Virus record (IMG/VR): IMGVR_UViG_3300036985_006248
Location: 64,001 to 128,000 of that record
Length of the DNA stretch: 64,000 bases
Source of the DNA: a virus
Strand: one strand, 5' to 3'
Shown here one piece after another: positions 25,714 to 34,341 of this stretch (position 1 is its first letter; each line of letters starts with the position of its first letter). Under the pieces are notes generated by a model, which had not been told where the DNA came from, did not search any database, and saw only the letters and a list, made by a program, of their open reading frames with translations. A program made the position numbers and the translations under genes.

Positions 25714-25768
25714 AGAATACACCCCTTCTGGCAGTACGTCGAGAGCTTTTTGCATGAACAGTTCTAAT
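25714..25768 (-). promoter_or_regulatory. early promoter of the Ser-X operon
   Basis: AGAACTGTTCATGC...TCGACG-N17-TATTCT. Confidence 0.65.
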
Positions 25769-26098
25769 GTCACATGCTATACTATAAGAGGTTTTACTTG
25801 ATAGTTGGCGGCTAGGTCACTCCCACACCCCGCGAGTATAGTATACCATAGGGTGCTGGGGATATCCAGTGAAAGAATCTACTAGAAGGGTCACGCGCTA
25901 TAAGAGCTATTAATGCACGCCAGCCGCCCGCATGGTCCTATTATAGCATGGCGCTAGCGAGACGTCAATTGAATCTTTCTTATAGGAGCTATTAATACTT
26001 CTATCAGTAGACAGCCTTATTGAATATCGATATACATATTATTCTTTCTTGTAGCCCTGTATATGTTCCCGTGGTACTGTAGTTTGTGGATGAAGAGC

Positions 26099-26196
26099 GT
26101 AACCCCTTGATTTTGCAGGGATATTTGTAACATATTGTTATATAAGGGCTTTCTGTAACCCCTTGATATATAAGGGATATTTGTAACCCCTTGATA
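26099..26196. repeat. three copies of GTAACCCCTTGAT (each matches the IHF consensus on the minus strand)
   Basis: at 26099, 26155 and 26183; reverse complement is WATCAAGGGGTTA. Confidence 0.75.
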
Positions 26197-26331
26197 ACAC
26201 GAAAAATATTCCCGGATGGGGGCGTAACTTCCTCCCTCCCAACCTCAATTTTTCACTACCTTATAAGCTGTTGTATACAGTTAAATGAGTAGCCAACCTA
26301 TTAATCGAGACATAGAGTCTACATGACCTAT

Positions 26332-26517
26332 CTATCTACCACCAAACCACACATCTTTTATGCTATACCCTTTGGGTATATAGGACATTGCTTTCTTATG
26401 TTTGCTATCTATAAAGCAAATAGACAAAACAAGTAATATCATACTAGAGATATATATTATATACACTATCCTATCCAGTATCTGTTCACTTGTCTTTTTG
26501 CTTTTCTCTGGAATCAT
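26332..26517 (-). CDS. small membrane protein
   Basis: 61 aa with one TM helix. Confidence 0.5.
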   Translation of the reverse strand: MIPEKSKKTSEQILDRIVYIIYISSMILLVLSICFIDSKHKKAMSYIPKGYSIKDVWFGGR

Positions 26518-26974
26518 CCCTTAATTCTTCATATAGTTGTTGTGCATCTAATATAACTATATCCTTAAGGGGGATTAAGCTCCATTCATCTTCAAAATGA
26601 TTGAACTGTTTTTCTTTTGATTGCCACGATATAACATATCCTATCAGGTTTGGGTCTGTTGTGGGCCACGCTTTTTTACGAGGGGGTAGGGGGTGGGTAG
26701 AGGATGAGTGGGGGGTACCGGGGTAGGTACCTCCTACTCTAGCTCCTAGTACATACCCTATATAGGTTGTTGATATAGTGAATAAGTCACCAGTGCTTTT
26801 TTTCTTTATTACTGCCGATGCATCTATATGTGATGTATGATAACTTATCCAAGCTTCTTTTGGGCTCATGTAGCTATGTGTATGGAAGAAGGCTTTTGTT
26901 TTTTGTCTGTTGATTGGCCCAAAGGTCTTGTATACCATTTCACCTTCTTGCAAGATTGGTTGATTTGTGTTCAC
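26486..26974 (-). CDS. extended GDL-family-like protein
   Basis: LQEGEMV...IGYV...YVISW. Confidence 0.6.
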   Translation of the reverse strand: MNTNQPILQEGEMVYKTFGPINRQKTKAFFHTHSYMSPKEAWISYHTSHIDASAVIKKKSTGDLFTISTTYIGYVLGARVGGTYPGTPHSSSTHPLPPRKKAWPTTDPNLIGYVISWQSKEKQFNHFEDEWSLIPLKDIVILDAQQLYEELRDDSREKQKDK

Positions 26975-27267
26975 TTGACCTTCTTTAACATGTTTTCTAC
27001 TTTGTTTATCAACGTTCCTTCTGCTCTTGCCTTTTCATAATTGTTTAACCATTCTTCTATCAAGTAGGTATAATAATAATGTTTGTTGAATAGACCGAAC
27101 TCTGCTATTCCATTAACATGGCTTTTAGCTGTTAAATTAAATAACCAACTAATTGAATATTTATTATATCTTTCGAGGGCACGCTCAGTATCAATTACAT
27201 CATAACCTTCAATTATTCCCAAGTCTCCTTCTTCTGATAATACTAACATACCCGGCATTAATTTCAT
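26971..27267 (-). CDS. GDL-family paralogue
   Basis: PGMLV...GDLGII...YSISW. Confidence 0.7.
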   Translation of the reverse strand: MKLMPGMLVLSEEGDLGIIEGYDVIDTERALERYNKYSISWLFNLTAKSHVNGIAEFGLFNKHYYYTYLIEEWLNNYEKARAEGTLINKVENMLKKVK

Positions 27268-27479
27268 AATGTCTTTCTAAAAGCTTCGTAATGTGTTCTC
27301 ATCATTAATACATAATCAATTGGATAAGTAAGAACTCTTTCATCTAGGAGTATCATATCTTTATATTTGTAGCTGCATAGATATATCATGCTAGCATCGA
27401 TGTCAGATATGGCCACTATATAACTGAGCCAGTCACCGTCGCTTGTCATCAACAAATCACCAATCTTTAATGATATCAT
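27264..27479 (-). CDS. GDL-family paralogue
   Basis: LKIGDLLM. Confidence 0.7.
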   Translation of the reverse strand: MISLKIGDLLMTSDGDWLSYIVAISDIDASMIYLCSYKYKDMILLDERVLTYPIDYVLMMRTHYEAFRKTL

Positions 27480-27721
27480 AGTTTATGCTTCTTTCTATGT
27501 TCAATGAAGGTCACTCTCATTTCAGCAGCCCATTCTAAATCGTATGTAAAGGTATTATATCTTTTTTTCCATTCAGCGTCGTAGCACCATCGTATACATG
27601 CGTCTCTTTCAGTAATTTTTTCTACACATCCCAATACTTTTTGTGATGACATCACGAGGTCGCCAATCTTCACCTTGACTACTACCTTATCATACATTGG
27701 CATAGTGTCTATACTCTTCAA
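27476..27721 (-). CDS. GDL-family paralogue
   Basis: VKIGDLVMS...LGCV...IRW. Confidence 0.7.
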   Translation of the reverse strand: MKSIDTMPMYDKVVVKVKIGDLVMSSQKVLGCVEKITERDACIRWCYDAEWKKRYNTFTYDLEWAAEMRVTFIEHRKKHKL

Positions 27722-27950
27722 GATTATGAATCATTTTTTCTACTTCACCAAAAAAAAGTAGGGTATCCTGCGTGCCGATGGATGAAGGTCTACTTAACCA
27801 CTCTACTCGATATCCTAGCTGTTCAAACCCTGTTATAATGCCCAAATTTTTGTCTTCAGATAATATCAGTTTTCCTAAAAACCTTTTTTTGACCCTAGCC
27901 ATTGGATTCTTCTCGGGCTTTCCACAATAAATAATTTCTTCGATAGGCAT
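27690..27950 (-). CDS. GDL-family paralogue
   Basis: FLGKLILS...LGII...YRVEW. Confidence 0.7.
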   Translation of the reverse strand: MPIEEIIYCGKPEKNPMARVKKRFLGKLILSEDKNLGIITGFEQLGYRVEWLSRPSSIGTQDTLLFFGEVEKMIHNLEEYRHYANV

Positions 27951-28149
27951 GTATCGTAGGCATAGTATAACATACTCGTTCTGAGCTTATGAGCTTATGG
28001 TACCATTCGATTTTGGTCCCGAAAGGACCAATGTAGCCGCGCCGTACATCTATTTCTATAACCATGCCAAGACTTCCTAGAGGTGACATCACCAAATCTC
28101 CAATTTCAGGGTTCGCTATACCACAATTTTCCATTTTTAAATTCGTCAT
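27895..28149 (-). CDS. GDL-family paralogue
   Basis: EIGDLVMSPLGSLGMV...KIEW...YRRNYL. Confidence 0.7.
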   Translation of the reverse strand: MTNLKMENCGIANPEIGDLVMSPLGSLGMVIEIDVRRGYIGPFGTKIEWYHKLISSERVCYTMPTIHAYRRNYLLWKAREESNG

Positions 28150-28336
28150 ATAGTTGAAGCATACTGGTTAATTCGGTTACATGATGTTTTGTTTCTTCTT
28201 GAAAAATCGTCCATTCTATTATGTACATAGGATATATTGATGAAACATTACATATTTTCATTATCATTCCCAACTGTACGGGAGGAAAGTAATATGATCG
28301 TTTTGCCACCATCTTGCCGATATACTTGTCTGTCAT
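28106..28336 (-). CDS. GDL-family paralogue
   Basis: KYIGKMV...LGMI...YIIEW. Confidence 0.7.
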   Translation of the reverse strand: MTDKYIGKMVAKRSYYFPPVQLGMIMKICNVSSIYPMYIIEWTIFQEETKHHVTELTSMLQLYDEFKNGKLWYSEP

Positions 28337-28581
28337 AGCTTAAGATTCCTTTTATATCTCAAATATACTGGTATAAGAGCTTGGATTTCTCTATCTGTAT
28401 GCCAAAGTGATTTTGGCTCTCGATTAAAGTTTGTTTGGCACCATTCCACACGCCAAACATGATAACAATCTGTCATGTCTTTTCTGCCATGACCTTCTAC
28501 TATCATACCAAAAATTGGTGGATTGTCTCTACTAATAAGTGCCTGACCGACTTTTATATTATATTTTCTTTTAATCGTCAT
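28333..28581 (-). CDS. GDL-family paralogue
   Basis: IKVGQALI...FGMI...WRVEW. Confidence 0.7.
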   Translation of the reverse strand: MTIKRKYNIKVGQALISRDNPPIFGMIVEGHGRKDMTDCYHVWRVEWCQTNFNREPKSLWHTDREIQALIPVYLRYKRNLKL

Positions 28582-28841
28582 AATCGAATATTTTTCTTAT
28601 ATTTTGACAGCAGTTTTAACATGATCTTTATTTCATTTTCTGAATAATGGGTTCTGAACCCGAATTCATGTTGTGAATTATCATATAGCCATTCAACTAT
28701 ATAAATTTGATATGGTCCACTGGATTCATAAAATCCGGGTTCTCCCATACCATTAGAAATACATTTTATCATTCCCAAGTCACCAGTGACAGACATAACG
28801 AGACGACCAACTGGTGATTTTAGCTGTTTCGCTTTTTCCAT
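28578..28841 (-). CDS. GDL-family paralogue
   Basis: PVGRLVMS..GDLGMI...YIVEW. Confidence 0.7.
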   Translation of the reverse strand: MEKAKQLKSPVGRLVMSVTGDLGMIKCISNGMGEPGFYESSGPYQIYIVEWLYDNSQHEFGFRTHYSENEIKIMLKLLSKYKKNIRL

Positions 28842-29044
28842 GAAAGAAATTTCTTCCTGTATTTGGAGAGGTGTCCCCCATGGACATCATACCTCGTATT
28901 TTTTGCTACGTCAATACCGGGTTCATACCACTCAATATTATAATAAAGTAATGTGCCTATATGTATTATCATCCCAAGTGTACCTTGAGGAGACATGATC
29001 AAATCACCAACGTTATAATTCGATTTTCTCATTGCCTTTTTCAT
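28820..29044 (-). CDS. GDL-family paralogue
   Basis: YNVGDLIMSPQGTLGMI...YNIEW. Confidence 0.7.
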   Translation of the reverse strand: MKKAMRKSNYNVGDLIMSPQGTLGMIIHIGTLLYYNIEWYEPGIDVAKNTRYDVHGGHLSKYRKKFLSWKKRNS

Positions 29045-29276
29045 TTAGTTTTTTAGTTACCAAATTATAAAAGTACCTTAAATCACTTTCACGATATTGT
29101 TGATACTCCGTGGTTCCATCTGGGTTGAACCATGCTATGCTATAAAACTTCGGAAGAAGCTGACTTTGTGTGTACCTGTTCCTACGTGCCACTATCCCAA
29201 AAAGAGTTTCTGATGTTGATGCCGTGGAAAAGCGTATAACTAATTTACCGATATGTTTATCTTTCTGGTCGGGCAT
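29013..29276 (-). CDS. GDL-family paralogue
   Basis: HIGKLVI...FGIV...YSIAW. Confidence 0.7.
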   Translation of the reverse strand: MPDQKDKHIGKLVIRFSTASTSETLFGIVARRNRYTQSQLLPKFYSIAWFNPDGTTEYQQYRESDLRYFYNLVTKKLNEKGNEKIEL

Positions 29277-29286
29277 ACAATCTTTC

Positions 29287-29697
29287 TTACACTAAATTCT
29301 TCTCACAATCAAGACAGATATTCTGGATCCAGTGTCCAAGCTTGCTTTGCGGGCACTTATTAAGACTAGTCAGTTCTACTCCACAAGTCTCACAAATACG
29401 CACACTCTTCTCTTCGGTATCAGTTATGAACTGATAAATGTCTGTAATAGTTTGTTCATCAACAAGACACACACCACCCTCATCATAGCTAAATTCCACA
29501 TAGAAACGCAGTCCACCAAATTTCTCCTTCACTTGTACTGCACGGCAATGCTTTGTTTTGTTAGAAATAAAGCTTGCTATCTCGGTTATAAGTTTAATCC
29601 ACCCATCACCGCATTCAAAAAACAAATTTTCACCAAATACGGTTGGAAATTCTACTCCTAGCTGCTTTTCACTTTTTTCAGTCATTTTGTTCTCCAT
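29287..29697 (-). CDS. conserved-type phage hypothetical (ECGDGW...QVKEKFGGLRFY...CETCG)
   Basis: motif recalled as a common phage family. Confidence 0.75.
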   Translation of the reverse strand: MENKMTEKSEKQLGVEFPTVFGENLFFECGDGWIKLITEIASFISNKTKHCRAVQVKEKFGGLRFYVEFSYDEGGVCLVDEQTITDIYQFITDTEEKSVRICETCGVELTSLNKCPQSKLGHWIQNICLDCEKNLV

Positions 29698-29700
29698 ATG

Positions 29701-29739
29701 AAAATGCCCCCTAGCTTGTGCTAGGGGGCATGTGTTTTT
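29701..29739. terminator. bidirectional terminator-like hairpin
   Basis: ATGCCCCCTAGC-TTGT-GCTAGGGGGCAT. Confidence 0.7.
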
Positions 29740-29770
29740 CAACTATTCAATTTTTGTTATCGCTTTTAAT

Positions 29771-30025
29771 TCAGCGAGCGCGATACTGCAACTCTTTGCT
29801 AAGGAATGACTGGAAAGCACGAGCTTCAGCCAGTGTCATTACGAATCGACGTGCAGGGCCACTATCATCGGTAGGCTTCCACAAAACCACATCCGACGTA
29901 CCACCGTGGCGCGTGTCACCGCGACGGATACCCATACCGATACGGCGAAGTACATGCTCACGCTTGTAGTTACCATTCTCGGTTACGTTGTAAACGCTGC
30001 GTGAATTACGGGTACGGTTAGTCAT
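29771..30025 (-). CDS. basic hypothetical protein with own promoter and a 5' GAAA hairpin
   Basis: 84 aa, AAGGA SD, own terminator. Confidence 0.7.
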   Translation of the reverse strand: MTNRTRNSRSVYNVTENGNYKREHVLRRIGMGIRRGDTRHGGTSDVVLWKPTDDSGPARRFVMTLAEARAFQSFLSKELQYRAR

Positions 30026-30111
30026 TTTTTATCCTTTGGTTGGGGAGTCTTTCGACTCGGCTACATTTCTACTATACACCTACTTCGTTCTGCGGTATAC
30101 AACTTTGTTTT

Positions 30112-30363
30112 TTATCTTCTATTCAATTTTCGGGATCCATATTTGTGCTCTCTGTGTTTCTCCCAATATACTTGTATACGTACTGCTGCTACATCACAAT
30201 CTTCTGGGAGTGGCTTTGCTGCTCCAATAATCACTGGAAATGGTTTGCGTTTGTTATGAAGATATGGTCCACCACCCGCGCCACAGATATTGCATATATA
30301 GAATGTCTCTATTCCATACAGGCCAAAATCAATGTCTTCCAACTCCCAGACATGTGCTTTCAT
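30112..30363 (-). CDS. hypothetical protein
   Basis: 83 aa ORF. Confidence 0.55.
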   Translation of the reverse strand: MKAHVWELEDIDFGLYGIETFYICNICGAGGGPYLHNKRKPFPVIIGAAKPLPEDCDVAAVRIQVYWEKHREHKYGSRKLNRR

Positions 30364-30366
30364 TTT

Positions 30367-31362
30367 TTATATTTTGTTAGGACTTTCTGACCAGTGGATT
30401 TTCACTTCTGGGACTTGTTCTGCTATCCACTCCTTCATCATACTCTCACTATTGAAGGAAAGCAAGCTTCCTTTTTTATCGTAGGCTTTCCATACTCCTA
30501 AGCTACGAAGAATATCAACCTTATTAACCACGAGATCGGTTACACCATTGATATCAATAGCCTTTTTTAAGAGTGACACATTTATCCAGTTGCATTGACG
30601 AGGGCGACCCGTGGTTGCACCGTACTCATTTCCTAATTCACGAATCTTTTTGAAGATTGGCTCGTCTGGTTCATATTTTTTGCCACCGACGTAGGTTTCA
30701 TACATTTTAGTAACACCCCAAACTTTACTGATTTTCCTAGGTGGCACTCCATTGAGAATAGCGGCTCCAACTGTACATGAGGAACTGGTTACATAAGGAT
30801 AGTCACCCCAATCTATATCTAAACCAAAGCCTTGAGCCCCTTCAAATAGAATGCGGTGCTTGTCTTTGCTAGAATATAATTCTTCATATAGGTCTATCAG
30901 ATAAGGTTTAAGTATTTCAACTTGTTCTGCTCTTAGCCCTTGTCTTGAATACTTATCAGCATAAGCTGGCCCGTTGCCGCGTTTAGTGGTGCCAATCTTA
31001 ACATCTTTTCTATCTTGCTCTAAATGTTCTTCCGTGATGATATGTACGTTCTTAGCGATGTAAACCAAGCCTTCAGTTTTAACACCCGCTTCAGTCAGCT
31101 CTTTCAATTCATCAAAGAACTGTTTAACATTCATAACACAACCGGGGCCAATGATAGACTTTATACCCATCACTACACCAGTTGGTATTGAATGAGTTAC
31201 AATCTTCTTTCCTTCATGGTATATTGTGTGGCCTGCGTTATTCGAACCTTGAAACCTTATACAATGTGTATATTCACCGCTTTTACAAAGCTGATGACAT
31301 ACTTTACCTTTACCGCTATCACCATACGCCAAATCTACTATTACGTCTGCAAACTCAATCAT
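30367..31362 (-). CDS. purA: adenylosuccinate synthetase (short form)
   Basis: GDSGKGK, NAGHT, EGAQG, YPYVTSS, EYGATTGRPR. Confidence 0.93.
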   Translation of the reverse strand: MIEFADVIVDLAYGDSGKGKVCHQLCKSGEYTHCIRFQGSNNAGHTIYHEGKKIVTHSIPTGVVMGIKSIIGPGCVMNVKQFFDELKELTEAGVKTEGLVYIAKNVHIITEEHLEQDRKDVKIGTTKRGNGPAYADKYSRQGLRAEQVEILKPYLIDLYEELYSSKDKHRILFEGAQGFGLDIDWGDYPYVTSSSCTVGAAILNGVPPRKISKVWGVTKMYETYVGGKKYEPDEPIFKKIRELGNEYGATTGRPRQCNWINVSLLKKAIDINGVTDLVVNKVDILRSLGVWKAYDKKGSLLSFNSESMMKEWIAEQVPEVKIHWSESPNKI

Positions 31363-31456
31363 GTTGAACCCTTTATAGTCATATGAACAACTAGTTTTTT
31401 CATTTGCTTAGGCTTTCCTGCTTCCTTAATATTTTTGTTTTTAATCTTAATTTTCA

Positions 31457-31738
31457 TTAACTTTCTTCAAATGGTTCATCTTCGGCAGCAATATAATCAT
31501 CGCTGTATTCTGCTTCGTTAACCGCCTCATCGTTGTCTTCATAATCTTCAAATTTGCGTGTGCTGATTTTTGCTGAAGCCCAGTAATATTCTTCTTCTTC
31601 TATCTCTGCAATATGAGCTTCGACAATTTCTTGGTGTTCTTCATCTAACAAATCTAATTCTACAAACTCTTCAAGCTTTTCACGAGCATCTTCTGGAGCT
31701 AATTTGCCGCTCTCTAGACCTTTACAAATCATGCACAT
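31457..31738 (-). CDS. acidic hypothetical protein
   Basis: AAGGAG SD before MCMIC. Confidence 0.65.
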   Translation of the reverse strand: MCMICKGLESGKLAPEDAREKLEEFVELDLLDEEHQEIVEAHIAEIEEEEYYWASAKISTRKFEDYEDNDEAVNEAEYSDDYIAAEDEPFEES

Positions 31739-31802
31739 AGATAATACTCCTTTTAAAATAAAACTAACTAGTAGTTGTTTATAGCAAAGGAAAAAGGTCT
31801 TG

Positions 31803-32549
31803 TTAAGTATTAAGTGAAGTTCTTTGACTGGAATATAAGAGTATACCGGCATCTAACAATACATCGCGTAGCATATCTTCGTTCCACATATCATCAGTGG
31901 CAGCAGAGGCTTTCTTCAAAGCTTCTTCGCCTTTTTGTATAAGTGCATCTGTGTCTATGGATGGATCTTTATATATATATACTTTGTTAAGTATCTCCGC
32001 ATCTTCATCGGTATGAATGGGACAATCATCTTTTTTACTTTTTGTCTTTGGAGCTTCAACATTGTCCAGACTGTCTAATGTTTCACCAGTATCTGGATCT
32101 TTTATAACTTTAATGTCAGCAAGTTTGGCTAATCTCTTAGCCATTGCGCGAGCAGACAAACTAACTGAACCTCTGTCAGACATTATCCCTTCTGGGTAAA
32201 ATGCAAACACTGCTCTGGCTAAATATTCGCCAAGCTTACTGCCTTTAAAACTGGGATTAAGACCCGCGTAGTTTCTTTCTGCTGCGCCCATGCACTCACA
32301 TCCATGTCTAGCTTGCACTTCGCTATTTGAAATGATTCCAATATAAGATATAGCTATATTATTTTTCATTAAGTCTTCTTTGTCGAAGTCTGGATTGTCC
32401 TTTGGGAGCGCACCACAAAATTCTATAAGCTTATTAGGATCAAACAAAACATGCTGTCCGTCAGACTTTAGCATAGCAAGAGAAGATTTATCTATTGATG
32501 GTATAGATTGTTCTCTCAAAGACTTCTTTATTTTAACCTTGCATTTCAT
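31803..32549 (-). CDS. hypothetical protein, weak GNAT-like motif
   Basis: GLNPSFKGSKLGEYL. Confidence 0.6.
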   Translation of the reverse strand: MKCKVKIKKSLREQSIPSIDKSSLAMLKSDGQHVLFDPNKLIEFCGALPKDNPDFDKEDLMKNNIAISYIGIISNSEVQARHGCECMGAAERNYAGLNPSFKGSKLGEYLARAVFAFYPEGIMSDRGSVSLSARAMAKRLAKLADIKVIKDPDTGETLDSLDNVEAPKTKSKKDDCPIHTDEDAEILNKVYIYKDPSIDTDALIQKGEEALKKASAATDDMWNEDMLRDVLLDAGILLYSSQRTSLNT

Positions 32550-33445
32550 TTGTCTTTTTCCTGACCAACCATATGAATATTAAAAGATAACTTATCGGTA
32601 AATTCTTCTGTATAATCTTCTGCCTTATCTTCTTGGTCTTCCCACATAATTAATTGCTTGACATTTGGAAGCTTGTCGATTATTCTATAGATTGTTTTTG
32701 TTTTGTATTCTACAGTATCGCCACCGAATTCATTGAAATGGGTTTCGGCAAAGAATATATTCTTATCATTCAAAAGAGTATTTATCTTATCTTCAAATAT
32801 ATTTCCAATTCTGCCTGTCATCATGACACAATAAATATTTGGATTAGAACATAGCTCTTGTGCTTTATATACCACTTCTAAATTCCAATCTGACTCTTTG
32901 GCTTTATCTGGTATCGAATCAGGACTTAGATGAGAGTCAGTTCCAAGTCTTTTTGATGCCTCTGTACTTTTAAACAGTGTATCATCAAAGTCAAATACGG
33001 CAAGAGTCTTAACAATTGCGAGGTTACGTTTTTCTTTATCTTTTTGTTCTTTTACTGTATTGGGCTTTATGCGAGTTAAAAAAGAATTATACCAATCTTT
33101 TCTTAAGACCGGTATTGTTTTGCCTCTCTGTATTTTATCTTCTTCGGAGGGTTCTCTTGCCGCTTCTTCTTCAGGATGAGAGAAATCAAAGAACTGTTCT
33201 TGGCCTTCACCGTATGGAACAAAAAACTTTAACGGTCCTGTGCCCATCTGACTATCTTGAAATACCTCTTTATATCTTTCAAAAGCGAAGTCTAGGACAC
33301 CATGTGATACTATGTTGTTCTTTACACGTTCTGGCAAGCCATCAATAAACTTTTCGGGCAAGAAAGTGCTGTCAATCCATTGCATTTCTTTGAGAACTTT
33401 CTTTTCATTAAGGAAGCCCCTCCACTTTTTGAATATGTCTTGCAA
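32546..33445 (-). CDS. protein with C-terminal HAD-family phosphatase domain
   Basis: VFDFDDTLF, MMTGR, MWEDQ. Confidence 0.75.
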   Translation of the reverse strand: MQDIFKKWRGFLNEKKVLKEMQWIDSTFLPEKFIDGLPERVKNNIVSHGVLDFAFERYKEVFQDSQMGTGPLKFFVPYGEGQEQFFDFSHPEEEAAREPSEEDKIQRGKTIPVLRKDWYNSFLTRIKPNTVKEQKDKEKRNLAIVKTLAVFDFDDTLFKSTEASKRLGTDSHLSPDSIPDKAKESDWNLEVVYKAQELCSNPNIYCVMMTGRIGNIFEDKINTLLNDKNIFFAETHFNEFGGDTVEYKTKTIYRIIDKLPNVKQLIMWEDQEDKAEDYTEEFTDKLSFNIHMVGQEKDK

Positions 33446-33457
33446 GATTAAGTCCTT

Positions 33458-33793
33458 TTATTTTTTACCTGTTACTTTATTATACTTTAAATAATCTGCA
33501 ACACTTCCTATCATTTCTGTTGCTACGGCAATCTTTTCTTCAACCCAAGGTTCAAGGTTTTCATTATCCTCTATAATGTTATGTAACATAGTTGCAGCCT
33601 CGGCCATCTTAAATAAATTACCTTTTGCCATTCTTCCTTCTTCTTCTGGTAGGCTCATAGAGTTACCCATTTGTTGCATAGGAAAAGGTGCATTAGGAGT
33701 GGCATTAGCCATATTGCTAACAGTCTGTTCATAGCTCATGTCATTTATACACTCTAAAACTAGATCACGTAAATATTTTTTAGTCACTTTCAT
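33458..33793 (-). CDS. hypothetical (possible head-internal) protein
   Basis: MKVTKKYLRDLVLE; LEPWVEEKIAVA. Confidence 0.7.
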   Translation of the reverse strand: MKVTKKYLRDLVLECINDMSYEQTVSNMANATPNAPFPMQQMGNSMSLPEEEGRMAKGNLFKMAEAATMLHNIIEDNENLEPWVEEKIAVATEMIGSVADYLKYNKVTGKK

Positions 33794-34341
33794 TTTACCT
33801 TTTCCTTATGTTCTTCCATGAGGGCACCAGCGGAAGGACCAATTGTTTCGCCGGGGGCAGCGGCGGCTCCACCGAGTTTTTTAGCAGCTTTTTTATAATA
33901 TCCACTAACCGTTTCTCCTTTTTTATGAGGAGGGTAGGGCTTAGAAAGAGATTTCTTTTTCTTCATTCTATCTTGCGGTTTCATTAATTTAGCTGCTTCG
34001 CGCTTTAATTTTAATTGTTTTCGTTGAGATTTTATTTTACGCATTACGCCTGCAATATCATCTACCATTTCTTCTGAATCTTCTAATTCTTTTTCAAATA
34101 GTTTTTGTATAGAGCCATTGATTGCTTGACTTTTTTGTTGTTCGCCTAATGCCCAGTTTCTATCCGTCTTGTTAGGCCATGGGCGCTCGGTGTTTTTAGC
34201 TCGGTTTTTAGCTCGGTGCTTCCAATATTTGCTTAATTTGGCTTCAATGAGCAAACCATTTTGTTCTTCAGTAATTTCTTTTTTTGTTTCATGATTCAAA
34301 TTCAACCATTCAATAAACTGTTCGTGATTATAATTATCCAT
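33790..34341 (-). CDS. hypothetical protein
   Basis: 183 aa ORF. Confidence 0.65.
   Translation of the reverse strand: MDNYNHEQFIEWLNLNHETKKEITEEQNGLLIEAKLSKYWKHRAKNRAKNTERPWPNKTDRNWALGEQQKSQAINGSIQKLFEKELEDSEEMVDDIAGVMRKIKSQRKQLKLKREAAKLMKPQDRMKKKKSLSKPYPPHKKGETVSGYYKKAAKKLGGAAAAPGETIGPSAGALMEEHKEKVK

Noticed and set aside
7450-29276. Diversity-generating retroelement behind the paralogue diversity
   Set aside because: No reverse transcriptase and no TR/VR pair differing only at adenines was seen in this window.
30367-31362. PurZ (2-aminoadenine DNA pathway)
   Set aside because: The catalytic Asp of PurA is retained (GDSGKGK) rather than the Ser of PurZ; no datZ/mazZ-like neighbours were recognised.
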